A stretch of 64,000 bases of DNA from Klebsormidium nitens. Taxonomy: Eukaryota; Plantae; Klebsormidiophyceae. This document shows, in pieces, positions 13,752 to 26,200 of the stretch (position 1 is the stretch's first letter; the number at the start of each line of letters is the position of its first letter). The translations under genes and the position numbers were made by a program. The notes beneath the pieces are model-generated. The model was not told the DNA's origin. It did not search any database and was given only the letters and a program-made list of their open reading frames with translations. The stretch is taken from positions 37,252 through 101,251 of the forward strand of contig DF237285.1 in the NCBI GenBank assembly GCA_000708835.1, in the 5' to 3' direction.

Positions 13752-16700
13752 TCAGGCCTCAATTCCCGACCCGGCCGCTGCCCGTTGGGCATGTTTCATA
13801 GCCAGCGCAAGCTGCAGCCTCGACCGCTCCCGGTGCAACTCCGAGACCCTCAGACCGAGCATCCCGTCATCGCCGTTCCGCACCGGCTCCATTTTGATTA
13901 GTTCTGTTTTGGGCTTGCCTGCCGCCGATACCGGAACCTCGCCACTGTCCACTCCCGGGTACCCTTCTCGCAAAAGCAGCCCGTCTTCTTGCAATCGCGG
14001 CCCCGCCCCGAAAGAACGTGCCGGCCTCAGCACGTTCCGTTCCCCAAATGGGCTCATACTTCTCGAGGCTCTCATCACCTTTCTCGACCGAACTTCCTTC
14101 CCCGGGGTGCTCGCCCCAACCACCCCGTCCTCGTGCCGCTTAGTGCCAACTTTGCCCGGCCCACCGCTTTCCGGATCCGTTCCGTTGGCCGCCCGGAGCT
14201 CCCGGAGCGCCTCCCGCTCCCGCTTCTCGCGCTTCCGGACGCGCCTGAGAACCGCGTTCGCGTCGTAACCGACTGGCCTGCGCTTGAGTACTGCCAGCGG
14301 GGCGTCAGCGACATTTTCGTTGCCGCTTATTGGTCGGTCCGGTTCCCGCTCCGCTCTGTTAGCGGAACCAGTCTGAACGGCCTCACCCCGTTTAGAATCT
14401 ACAACAAGCCTCGCTTGACCAACCCCCTCCCGACCAATCCCTGCCGCATCCCCGTTATCAACTCGCTGGAAAAGTCTCGTAACGCGGTTCTCCGTGCGCC
14501 ACACGTCGTTCCCTGCTTTCCCAGAGTTGACCTTCTGGCCCATCGGTTCCGGTCTTCCGCTCCCGTGTACTTCCACAGTGAGTTTTCCGTTTTCCGGTTC
14601 CGTTCCTCGCCGGCCTTCCTTCTGCACCATCCGTGACGGACCCCTTGCTCTTGGCCGCGGTCCCGCATCGCCGCCGGGCGGCCAACCAGCCTCTGCCACG
14701 TGGCGGAGGGACGGCTCATCGCCCAGGATGGCAATGACCTCAGCGATGCTGTCCCCTGCGGTTGCGCCGCTCGCCGGGCTTCCGGCATCCGCTCCGTTCC
14801 GATCCCGTTCCCTTCTGCCGAGCTCCGTCGTTGATCCTGGCGGACTCGCCACTTCCTTTAACACGTCCAAACCGCGCCGAGTATTGCGTCCGGCATCGCT
14901 ATCAGGCCCCCCAGTACCGACCGTCGTCAGAGATAGTTGTTCGGATGGGAAGCTATCTGGCGGCAAGTCCGCAGACTGGGCTTCCGTCTTCACAGCCAAT
15001 AGGCGGTTGGCTGCCGCCGCTTTACTAGCAACAAACGAAGGGTGCCGACCAGCAAGGCTTGGTTCTGGAGAAGAAGACTTGTCCACTACTGTAAGATAGT
15101 GGGGCGAACATTGCATTGAGCGACTTTCGCTCGGTTGCGCGTCAGGGACTCCGGCCACAGCTCGCTGCGCAACGCGTCCTTCTTCAACAGGGACTCTTTC
15201 CTTCCGGATCTCATCCTCTGGCCTTCCGACCGATTGCACCTCATCCCAACTCGCCTTCCCAGACGGACTCTCTCCTTCCTTGTCTCGGGTCGGTTCAACG
15301 AAGGACGCGCTAACCGTGTCCTCTGGGTTCTCAATGGTCTCCCACAGAGTCCCCTCTTCCTTCTCCAATTTCTCTGACTTCCCCGCTTCGAACGACCCAA
15401 GTGGGACCGTTTCTCGAGGGGCTGACGTGGCACCCACGTGGCCCTGCACCGAATGAACCGACTCCGCTACGCTCTCCAAGGGGCCGCCACTCACACTCTC
15501 AACCTGGAGCCCGTTCACACCTCCCGACAGCCCACTCGTACTCTCCTCCCCGACCCAGTGGACAGCCTCTTCTCGGTGCCCATCCGCACTCATACCCGAC
15601 AGCCCGTTCACACTTTCGTCACCGGACGCATTCTCACACTCGTCTTTTTGCCCCTGTGCCTGCTCTATGCTCCTCAGCAGCAATTCAGACTCCCGCTCAA
15701 TTGCGTCCCAGTCAGAGCGCTCCCCGGCCTTGTCTATCGCAGGCGATGACGTCATTCCTCCCGCAACTGTGTTCCCTTCGATTTGAGGTTCTCGCCCTGC
15801 CTCCGCGTTCGAACCCGTCACTTCCGCCGTTTCTTCCGCCGCCCTCTCTGGCAGCCCCTTCAGCTCTGGCTCCGTTTCCATTTGCGTCAGTAACGTTGTG
15901 ATACTGACGTCCCCTCTCCCGTTTCTGACGTCATCCTTCCGGTCAGTGGACGTCTCCTCATCCCGCCCAGAGAGCGCTTCGTCTGAGGCCCCGTCAGCGT
16001 CGCCCCTTCGCGACGACCGCCCCCCTCTGTTAACCGCCTCAACGTCCTCTCTTATAACCTGCCCCCGAAACGACCGCTTCTCAGCTTCCAAGTCTACCCC
16101 CTCGTTCTTGCGCCCCCCCGCTGCAACCCAGCTTCTTTCATCCCCCCCTTTAGGGGCCGTTTGCCTGAGCAGCCGCCTGCTGACGTCAAGCTCCTCCCGG
16201 GCCGTCAGCAACTCCTCCCGCAATTCCCGGAAGGCTTCCGCCTGCGTCGCCAGGCGGGTCTTCCCATCCTCGATCTCCGCCCGCAGATCCCGGAAGAGGT
16301 CCTCCTGCCTGGCGAACAGACTCCGCCCCGCCAAGAGCTTCTCTTCGAGCTGCGCCAGACGCTGCCGGCTGGCCTCGACTTCGGTCCACGCTTTCTGGGC
16401 GTCCAATTGTGCAGCGGACAGCTGTTCGCGAAGGGGATCGTTGGAGGGCTCTGTCTGATTGGCGGCTGTGTCGTGTGCCGAGGGCTCAACGGAGATGGAG
16501 AAGTGACCTGCACGAGCAATCAAGATAAGCAGATGTTTGTGCACGGACATATCTAGGCGTAGACACAACCGGGTGTACACAAGCTTTTAAAAGAGCTCTG
16601 CTTTTCAAAAGCAAATCTCCATACGTTGTTCGTTTACGACCAGCGTGAACTGCTTGTTAGGCACACGATGTGGAAAAGAGTAGATTGCGAATCCTGTCGT

Positions 16701-19700
16701 TGTCACGCTACTCTTTGCCTGGAAGATCGGGAGCCATTTGTGCGGAAGAAGATTTGGCATCGCAGTCCGGCTTGCTCGACTTTGGAGAAGGACAGAGTTG
16801 CCACGTCACAATATCATGGCCGTCCAAACGTCGAAGCAAAATGTGAGCGAAATCCCCGGCAGCATTATCAGAGCCATTCTGTTGAAGTCAGCGTGTCTTG
16901 CAGATTATCCGGCATACCATCCGACACTCAGGCTGTCGAAGACCCAGCATGCTCGATGCTCGGTACGACCGCACCTCGCGTCGCCACCACAAAGCTGCGA
17001 CGTCCACGTTCGCACTCTGACAACGATCCAAACAAAGAAAAATATCGGCTTGGGGAGAGCCCGCGTTGTAGGGCCCATTCTTATTTGAACGCTCACCTTT
17101 GCTAGTTTTTGAGTCAGAAGCAATGCCCGGCTGACTCGCCGACCGCGCCTGCTCGTCCTGTTCCCTCTTCGCCGCTCGCAGCGCCTCCATCAGTCGCCCG
17201 TTCACCTGCAATCAAGCAGACCTTGACTCTAAGAGTTGCGTTCTCCGATTAAGGAAGCAAACACTTCCGCGGCTGATGATCTTAACTTTGTGCTCTGACA
17301 TTCAGTTATCCTAGTCGATGCGAGTCTGCATGCGGTCGAAAACTCTCAAGCAGCTCAAAGGACGTGCAATATCACTGAAGTGCCTCGTAACGAGAAACAT
17401 CAGCGTCAAGAGGACGCCACAACAAAGCTTCCTTCTTTATCGACATATCCATGCCAGATATGAAGAAAACGGAGTCAGCTCCGTCAAATCCCAAAGCGAT
17501 CATGATCATCACCAAGCCACAATCTCTTTATTGGGGCCACTAGCGTGTGTCAGGCCTAACGTTCGATTGACTACCGTGGTCTCCGATCGGAGCACGAACA
17601 ATAACCAAGAGAAAAGACAGAAAAACCAAACAATCAGGATTGGAGGAAGAAATCCAGACACGAAACACGACGTTGAGGAGACTGGTTACCTCTTGCAGCT
17701 TCTCAATCTCCTCTTGCGCCGCGCCCAGCAGCATCGACCGCTCGCTCTCCGCCTCCCCAAACCACATTCCTCTTCCGTTCTCCCCAGATCTTAAACCGCC
17801 GCCCGATTGATACGCCGCTCCATCCGACAAAACCCGTTGCCCTGGTGGTGACAAGTTCTCTTTCCCGATTTGTTGAAGGTTTCCGCCACATTCCGCCATT
17901 TCCGGCTCCATGACCGGTCCGGGGGCCTCCAATTTCAGTGTTTCTTTGCCCCCCGGCAGGACCTGAGCGCGCGTAGATCCAACCCCCTCCCCAATCTCCC
18001 GGCCCTCTCTTTCCTGAGCGGCTTCACTCTTTCCGGCGTCTTCACTTTGCTGGGCGTTCAGATTCTGATTTTCCTCACTTGCTTTGGCTTTCGATTCCAC
18101 CGCATCCAGCTGTTCCCGCAGCACCAACACCTGGTGTCTCAGCCGCTCGACCTGGTGTGAATGCGCGCTCCGCTCCTCTTCCAGCTGCTCGACTTGGTGT
18201 GAATGCGCTTTCTGCTCCTCTTCTAGCCGCTCGACCTTGTGTAAATACCCCCTCCGCTCCTCTTCCATTCCGCGCTCCAGATTAGCACACCGCTCCCTTA
18301 ATCGCTCCGCTTCTTCCTCGAGTCCCCCTCTCCGAAGCTCCGCCTTTTCCGCCTCGTCCAACCGTTCGCGTAACTCCGCCGTCTCTGTTTGCAGCTTCTC
18401 GAGCCGCTTCTCTATTTCCTGAACTCTCTCTTTGGCTTCCGCTGCCTCCCGTTCCGCGTCTTGCCTCACAGATTCCGGCGTTCCGCCGCTTCCCATTCCG
18501 CCCCCAGCCAACGTTCCAATGTCTGCCTTGACCCCGTTCCCCTCAAACCCAGCCTCACTGAGCCTGTTCTCATCAGTCCCCTTCCCACTGCCCCCGTTCA
18601 CACCACTCTCTTCCCATGCTCTCACCCGCTCATCGTCTTTTTCTGCAGCCTTCTCCCAAGCCTCAGCCAGCTCTCTCTGCAGGTCTCTGATCGTTTCTTG
18701 CAGCCGCGTCCGCTCGGTGTGAAAACCCGCGCGCGTTTGCTGCAGCTGCTGGTCGTACCGGCGGAGCAGCGCGCCCGTGTCGTGGCTCTCGAGCTGCCGG
18801 ATGCGCTCTTCAAGGCACTCCACCTGAGAAGATTATTACGAGCTAGGGATCTATGAAGAGAGTAGATTGAACGTTTTTCTTCGCCTTTGCTGAAACAAGA
18901 CAAGAACGGAGTCTGGTGAAGGCAGGGCTGATAAAGAAATTACCCCAAAATGCAAATATTTAACGCGGTGACATGTTAAGAGTGGGAAGAGGCCCTGAGG
19001 AGTCGATTCTCATTATATGAAACCTCGAGAAACGTCTTGAACAGGGTCTGTTCTTGGACCCAACATGCAGACGCAGACCCGGCGGTTTGCCACTCTCCCA
19101 CACGTCGGGCATACACAGACAAAGCCTGGTCAGCCTTTAAGGTCCCCCGTTTTCATTCGCTAGCTACCGTAATTACACGTTAAGCGCCGCCAGTAAGAGA
19201 CGGAAACTAAAGAATGTTCAGGATGGTCGGGATAATTGACCTAGGCAGAAGACAATCGTCTCACAAAAGCCCGTCTTTCGTCAGACAGAACCAGGATCAC
19301 TAAACAGAAGGGTGCAGTGCACCCCAAACCCCGCCAGCTCACCTCCAACTCCGCTTCTTTCCTGCGCGCCTCCTCCCCCTGCCACCGTTCCTCTGCCGCG
19401 CCCCCCGCCGCGCGCGCATTCTCCACTTCCTCTCGATACTCCCTCAACTCCTCCCCACACTTCCTCACTTCCGCTTCCAACGCTTCCACTTTCCTCTGCC
19501 ACCCTTCGACCTCGCTTCTCAGCTCCAGTATGCCCCGCTCTAGTTCCTCGCCCCTCCTCTCGGACGCCGCAAGGTCTTCGCGCACCATCCGAAACTGGCG
19601 CCCCTTCGCTCTGTACAGCAACCGACTCTGCGCAGCCTCCATGACCAGCCGCTCTCGCTCGCCTCGTTCGGCTTCCAAACCCTCCGCTAACCGCGCCTCG

Positions 19701-21453
19701 GTTAGTCTGACCTCGGACTGGTTTTCAGCGCGGGCCGACTCAAAGGCGCGCTGCCACACCTCCTGCGCCGCAGCCAGGGCCGCCTCGCCGCTGAAGTCAC
19801 CTGCTAGGATCAACAGATATGCCGACGTCAACGGATGGGCGGAGTGCTTCTGTGCTCACGCCACGAAACGCGTCGGCTTGTTGAATTAAAGACCTGCTCT
19901 GCAGATTTTCACAAGCTTGGACGAGGAAATGATGGGAAAGAGCATGTTCGCAAACATCACCTGCTGCCGTAATCAGCGCATGGAGCTGCGTGTCGAGGGC
20001 CGCGTTGCGCGCCTCAAGGTCGTAAATGCGCAGGCGGAGGGACTCGGCGTCGCGGCAGGCGAGGGCCTTCATGCGAGACTCCTCGTCCAGGGCAGTGCGA
20101 AGATGCTGTAAAATTGGGAGTAAGGGGACAATCAATTTCTTTGGATTTGATTCGTTCAGGCCTTGCTCAAGGAAGGGTCCGGCCATGTGAATCAGACGGT
20201 TAGGGGTTTGAGCGATGTGGCTTTTGGCTTGAGATATACGAGAAGGAGGAAGGCATTCTGTATCAAACTATCGACAGATTGCAACGCAGCTTATGCGAGA
20301 AATAGGCAACGGGCGACCCCTTTTGCAAATATCAGAGTATGGCTTTACGAGTGGGCAGAGATAGCTTCGGCTGAAGTCAAGAAGGGCCAAGACGAGGTTC
20401 GGTATCCTGAATAGTGCAGCCCGCTTGTGAAGTCGATCCAACGCCCAACACTTTTCATCTCAGCTTCCGATTTGACGAACCCCTGGGGCCCGTATAGACC
20501 GGGTGTTCAGTATGGCAACAGGCACAACTCATCCGCTTCCCTGCTGTCTGCTGGGACTTCGTCTATGAGCCCTCCAAAAGGTCTGATGATTGGACAAATG
20601 AGCAGAGCTTCTCTTTGCACAAAAGAAACATAAAAACAGAGCAGTTGCAAGAAGACTGGTCGATATAAAGGCCAATGTATTGCCACAGACAGAGCAAAAG
20701 ACTCACCGACAATTTTCTCAACAGCGCTGCATCATCCGCGCTTGGCAGCATGCACCCCAGCAGTTCTTGCATCTCTCGTCGCTCATCGTTAGTCCAGCCT
20801 TGGCTTGATGCCCCCACATCCTGCCTGGATAAAAGCGCCCCCCCCAACGTTTCCGCTCTGCCCAGGGCCAGTTGGAAGTTCTCGCTTTCAGGGGGGTGAA
20901 ACTCCCCCTGCTGAGACTGCCAGACTTGACGGGGTACAGGGAATGGAAGTTGCGATTTTGAGAGGATTTTGCTGACTAGGGGATCACTCTCTGGCTGCCA
21001 ATGCTGCGCGGGGAAGGGCTCCTGAGATCGTTGTGCCTGTTCTTGGGATAAAGCCTCGCCGTGAGGCCCATCTCTCATCCCCCATGGTTCTCCTTGACCA
21101 TGGCCCCCAAGGCCTTGTGAATGGCTTGGCGGCTTCACTTCCCACTGCAGCTGCCCAGGGGGCTCCGGACGCTCCTCCTGAAACGGGGCCTCGACATAAG
21201 GGCCAAACTGGTTCCATCGGCGCATGTCCTGGCAGTGCGGAACTATCCCTCCTGAGGGAGGAGTCATGGCTAGGGAGTAGGTTGGCTGTTGGGACTGTGA
21301 TTCAAATGCTGGCGCATGCACCCCTTGCAAAGGGTGCGCCCTTTCCCCCAGCTCCTGCTCGCGTCGTTGACCAGAAGGACCCGCCGCATATGGTCCATCA
21401 GTGGACGTCTCAGCCACTTGAGGGGTGGGTCTACCATGAAGTCCTTGACCCAA
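13752..21453 (-). CDS. Large multi-exon coiled-coil / low-complexity protein of unknown function
   Basis: Consecutive long same-strand ORFs (20563-21453, 19797-20186, 19241-19831, 17540-18823, 16888-17211, 13752-16580) are rich in E/R/K/A heptads. A 42-nt internal duplication encodes EEEQKAHSHQVEQL/EEERSAHSHQVERL (~18140-18240). No catalytic motif was recognised and the start codon is uncertain. Confidence 0.7.
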
Positions 21454-22916
21454 TCGAAAGCGTTCTGGGCTGTCGCCAGTTGGCGCTGAGGCGCTGACAG
21501 GTGTCGCATCAACGTGCTGTTTCTGATCACCATGGTTGGCCCCCGCTGAGGCTTGGAAGCGCCGCCGGACCTACAAGATTGGAGCGCTTAGCAATCCTCC
21601 TTTGATTTGTTGATGTGGGGTGTACTCCTGCCGTTGCTAGAACTTAGATAGATAGCAGGTGATGACTGCCAGGAAAAAAAAGTGACTACCTTTTGCACCT
21701 CTTAATCTGAAACAAGCCTTTTGCGGTCTACATACAATGGTACAAACTGCTTCTGTGGAGAAGGAATTGGATCATTAACCACCCCTTATGCCCAAAAGCT
21801 TCCAGCCCCACTACCCTTTCTTTCTCACTGTGAAGCAGTACAGCATTGCCAAATCCAGGCCCATGCAAGCCACACACGAGCTGTCAGAACAAGGCGACAG
21901 TGACTTACCGTTTTGAACACCTGGACAGATGGGCATGGGGGTGCCTGGTCCTCCATTGGATTTACCCACACTTCTGATGCTCCAAAACCTGCACAACACT
22001 CGAGATCGGATATCCTTCCCCAATCAATTAGGAACACATGTATTGTCAACTGCTTGATTGACATGCAACCACAAGGTATATCAAATTGTCATTGCTGCCA
22101 GGTGTTTGCACTTGTACTAATGCAAAAGCTGCGGAGACATTCTGTGAGCTTGAGCTTATGACACCTGACGCAACCAACTGCGCTTCAGAAGCCTTCATCA
22201 TTGGCACCACATTCTTTGGGGGCAAAGGAACGACGGCTTTGATATGCATTGACGGGTAATCTGCACGAGTTGCAGCTTTCTGATCATGTGGTATGACGTC
22301 CGGCCAGAAAGATAAGAGCGTATCTGTGAGGCATGCTGAACGAATCGCTCACCTGTCATTTCAAGAGGCCGGGCCGAATATCGAGTCTCCGTATGCTGAG
22401 CTGCACGACTGTGAAGATCAAGGTGCAATGAAACTTCCCAAGAAGCGCAAAGCGCGGCGTAGGAAAGTCCAAGTCTGTCCGTGCAGGCCGGTGTCAAGTT
22501 TCCTGAGTAGGCAGCCCATCCCTTGCGTCCGCCTTTCAGATATTTAGGCGGGCTAAGGGCTTAACACCCGTGATTATCAACACAAGCTCAGTCCGCCGAC
22601 TTTCTGTTGAACAATCAGCAATGAGCCATGGCCGCTGCCAGTGGCACCGCAACGTCTTGACTCGGAGATACATTGACTAGTGCTTGGGCCTCAAGGTACC
22701 TGCAGGAGCTCCTGCTGGTATTAGTAAGTATAAAAGGTGCGCAGGGCATCATGGTCCATGGAGACTACGTACTCAAATACAGGTAGCATCATGGAGACTA
22801 GCATCATGAGACGCGCGGCCGCCACCAAATATGGCGCGAAACTTGAAGCAATCGGGTTTGGAGGGTTTAAACCTTGTGCACGTCGATGCACTGCGGGCGG
22901 CACGAGCTCTTGCTCT

Positions 22917-22961
22917 GCGCTGAGGCGGCCGCGCACAACGCACGCGCGGCCGCCTCAGCGC
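22917..22961. repeat. Perfect 18-bp GC-rich inverted repeat (hairpin), intergenic
   Basis: gcgctgaggcggccgcgc (22917-22934), 9-nt loop, gcgcggccgcctcagcgc (22944-22961). Confidence 0.9.
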
Positions 22962-23286
22962 TACATCATGGCATGCACACTGAGAGCTAGCGCCCTAATA
23001 GCCTATAATATTAAGACTTTAAGCTAGCTAGCTGCGCTGTCAGTGTTGAAACAAATCGAAACAGAGACCATGCAAGTAATTGAGGGAGTTTTCAGCAGAT
23101 CAACCACGCGCCTTCTGAATACCGTACTCTTGGTGCTGTGAGGCGGTTAGTTTTCAACTTTCCTGCAACTCCTTAGTCCTTCTTAATCTATTTGTCATAT
23201 CAGATTGGGCAGACAAATCAGCTTCGAACACCAAGTACCGTTCCGCTGGCGGGATTTACTTCTTCCAAACTTGCAAACAGGATACG

Positions 23287-26200
23287 ATGGGCAGAGTGAT
23301 CCCCCGCAATGGGAGCGGCCCGCTTGCGATGGGCACCCATCACCTGTTGCAAGATCAAGCGGCAGATCTGCCGGACGAAGATGGGGTCATGTTTGAGGAT
23401 GCAATTGCCGGTGTGGAGAGCCTTGACTATGAAGTTGTGGAGAGCTTTGTCAACCGAGAAAACCAGGTGGGCATCAAATGGTCTAGTGCTGTTTTATGAG
23501 CATGTCATACTTTGTCGGCCATGTGGGCATGCAAGGTTTGGGCTGGGGGCATCAATTGTGTGACGCTATTTATCGGCCATTCTGAAATTTTCAACCGATT
23601 TTACAGTGGTTTATTGGCGGCCAACGCTAAATCTGGGCAGCTCACAAAAACATGGTTCTCTGTGATATTTTCATCCTTTGTTGCTTGAGATTACGGATCA
23701 AAGTACTTTGGGTTTTCCTCCTTGGCACTGGAGACCTCTCCTGTGGTTCATGACTGCTTTCTGGTGCCGGTTCAAAGCTGAGCGCCTCTTTACTTGATTT
23801 TAGAACATTTAGAACTTTCCATCAACGATCTCAGTTGAGGACTGCTCGTTGCTTCATCAACGCTCCCCATTCACCACCAATTCCCACAGGCCCATATAAT
23901 GCAATCTGTAACACCCTTGTGCGAAATTCCTTGGGGTCACAAATAAACAGACGCATCAAGCGCAATTCCAACCACATGTGGAAGAGTCACTCCATCTCTG
24001 GTTGTTTTGGGGCTACCTTCTAAAAGTATTTTGAAAGTAAGGAGCAGCAGCTATCTCTAGCGCAATCGTGGCACGCCTCCAGTGCTGGACAAATGTTTAC
24101 TCTCCATGAGGGTCCCAACAGCATTTCATATGCCCCCCACAATTGATGGAATTTTGTCTTGAGTCATTTTGGGCGGTGGCATCAAGAGTACGTTTTCGAT
24201 ACATCAGCCGATCAGCCCACCACCTCCTTGTCTGATGAAACTGTGTCTAACCAGTGCGCTTCGCCGCTGCTGTACAGGCCCGGAAGGGCTTCGTCGAGCA
24301 GGCAACGTATGTGGCTTTGAAGTGGCTGCTCGCACTGCTCATTGGAATTGGTACGTGGCATGACCGCTTCCCCTGGTGCACATTGCTTGGTATTCGTATG
24401 TTTTCTTTAGAGCTAGAGCCAGTGACTTTGATATGCTAGAAGAAGCCTGCATGAGGGTCATGTCTAGTATTAGATTTTCATCCTATGTAGTGAAGATAGA
24501 CCAACTCAGGTCACTCGTGGGTGACAGAAAGTCAGGCTAAATCAGCCCTCCTTAACCAATCTGGTTTTCTAATTATGAACCTGCTGAACTCAGCCTATCT
24601 TAGTTAAGTCCATACCCTGCTAACCCTGCATAACCCAACATTGTGACCTGCAGCCACGGGCCTGGCCATCTGGTTCATCAACCTCTCCGTCGAGAACTTC
24701 GCCGGGTTCAAGTTCTCGGTCACCTTCGCCGCGATGCGCTTCTCGTACTTCCTCTCGTTCCTAGTTTACGCCGCGTTCAACACCACTCTCGTCCTCATGT
24801 CCGCCGTCGTTGTCTGTTACTACGCCCCCGCGTCCGCCGGCTCCGGCATCCCCGAAATAAAGGGTTATCTTAACGGCATTGACATGCCCGGTGAGTCATC
24901 TCGGGTCCTGAGAACGTACCCAGTCACGCGTGTCTGCCAGTTGGCAGTTTGCCCAAGGGCCCCAGAACTGTTTCGAGTCAGAGACCGATGGGTTAGTGCT
25001 GCGCCCCAAGAAAGAAAATTAATAAATTGCCAAAATAGAATAAGACTCATTCTTGCATCTGCTGATCAGCCGCCCTGGTCCGTCGTACTTAAAGGAACGA
25101 CCATCTATTCGCTACTGAGCTTAACGGGATTGAGTGATTGAAAACATCGGATTAGCACTCTTGCAGATGTCAGACTTGCAGCCGTCGAAATAATGTTAAG
25201 ATAATCAATGATACGAAAGCCGTGTGCCGCTGCAGGCATCCTACTCGCCCGCACTCTGGTGGGGAAAGTCGTGGGCAGCATCGGCAGCGTGGCGGGGGGG
25301 TTGGCGCTGGGCAAAGAAGGCCCCCTGGTGCACACGGGCGCATGTATCGCATCGCTGCTGGGGCAAGGGGGGTCCACCAAGTACCACGTGTCGTCGCACT
25401 GGGTGCGCCTCTTCAAGAACGACCGCGACCGGCGAGACCTGGTGAGTGGGGGCCATCGTTCTAGTCTGACTCGTTTCATGAAGAAGTATGCCACGTTTCA
25501 TTCTAATTGCTCTTAGCTGCAATTTGCCGCTTACTCGTAGTTACACGAATTTGCGAATCGAAGCTGGTGACGCCCAGTCCCGACCAGAGCTGGTTTTGGG
25601 GATTGGCTAGCAACGTATGTTCGATCCAGGACGAACCCCAACCGTGGGGCCCAATCAACTCCCAACAGTATCTTTTTCTGAACGAACGCCTCACACTTGA
25701 CCACGGGTCTGAGAAGCTGTACGCTAAAATCGTACAATTTACTTTCGTCGAGGGCGCTGGACTAAAGATACCTGTTGCACGTCATAGGTGACCATTGGTT
25801 CCGCAGCGGGAGTCTCGGCGGCGTTCCGCGCTCCCGTTGGGGGCGTCCTGTTCGCTCTGGAGGAGATGTCGTCATGGTGGCGGCCCGCGCTCATGTGGCG
25901 CGTCTTCTTTGCGTCCGCAATCGTGGCAGTCACGGTACGGCGCTTTGCAATGCCTTCTTCTACGAATTTCTATCAATGTCTGACGGCTTTTGTCCTCAGC
26001 ATGTCAACGTGTAGGCTTTGAAATATTGGATCGATCTCAATAGCGGGCTGACAAAGATATCAGCTTCTTTTCACTGGATGCCGCGTTCTGATGAGTCGCA
26101 ACCGAGTACTTCACGTGGGGCCAGCTCTGACGTAGAAGCGGGTGACACAGGAGGTTGCACATTCCGGTGTGCAGGCCAGCTGGGCACATTGAATTTGATT

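Noticed and set aside
13684-16556. Many plus-strand ORFs of 100-215 aa (e.g. 13684-14268, 13989-14636, 14494-15099, 15898-16458)
   Set aside because: They are antisense shadows of the GC-rich 942-codon minus-strand exon, S/P/R-rich with no domain signal.
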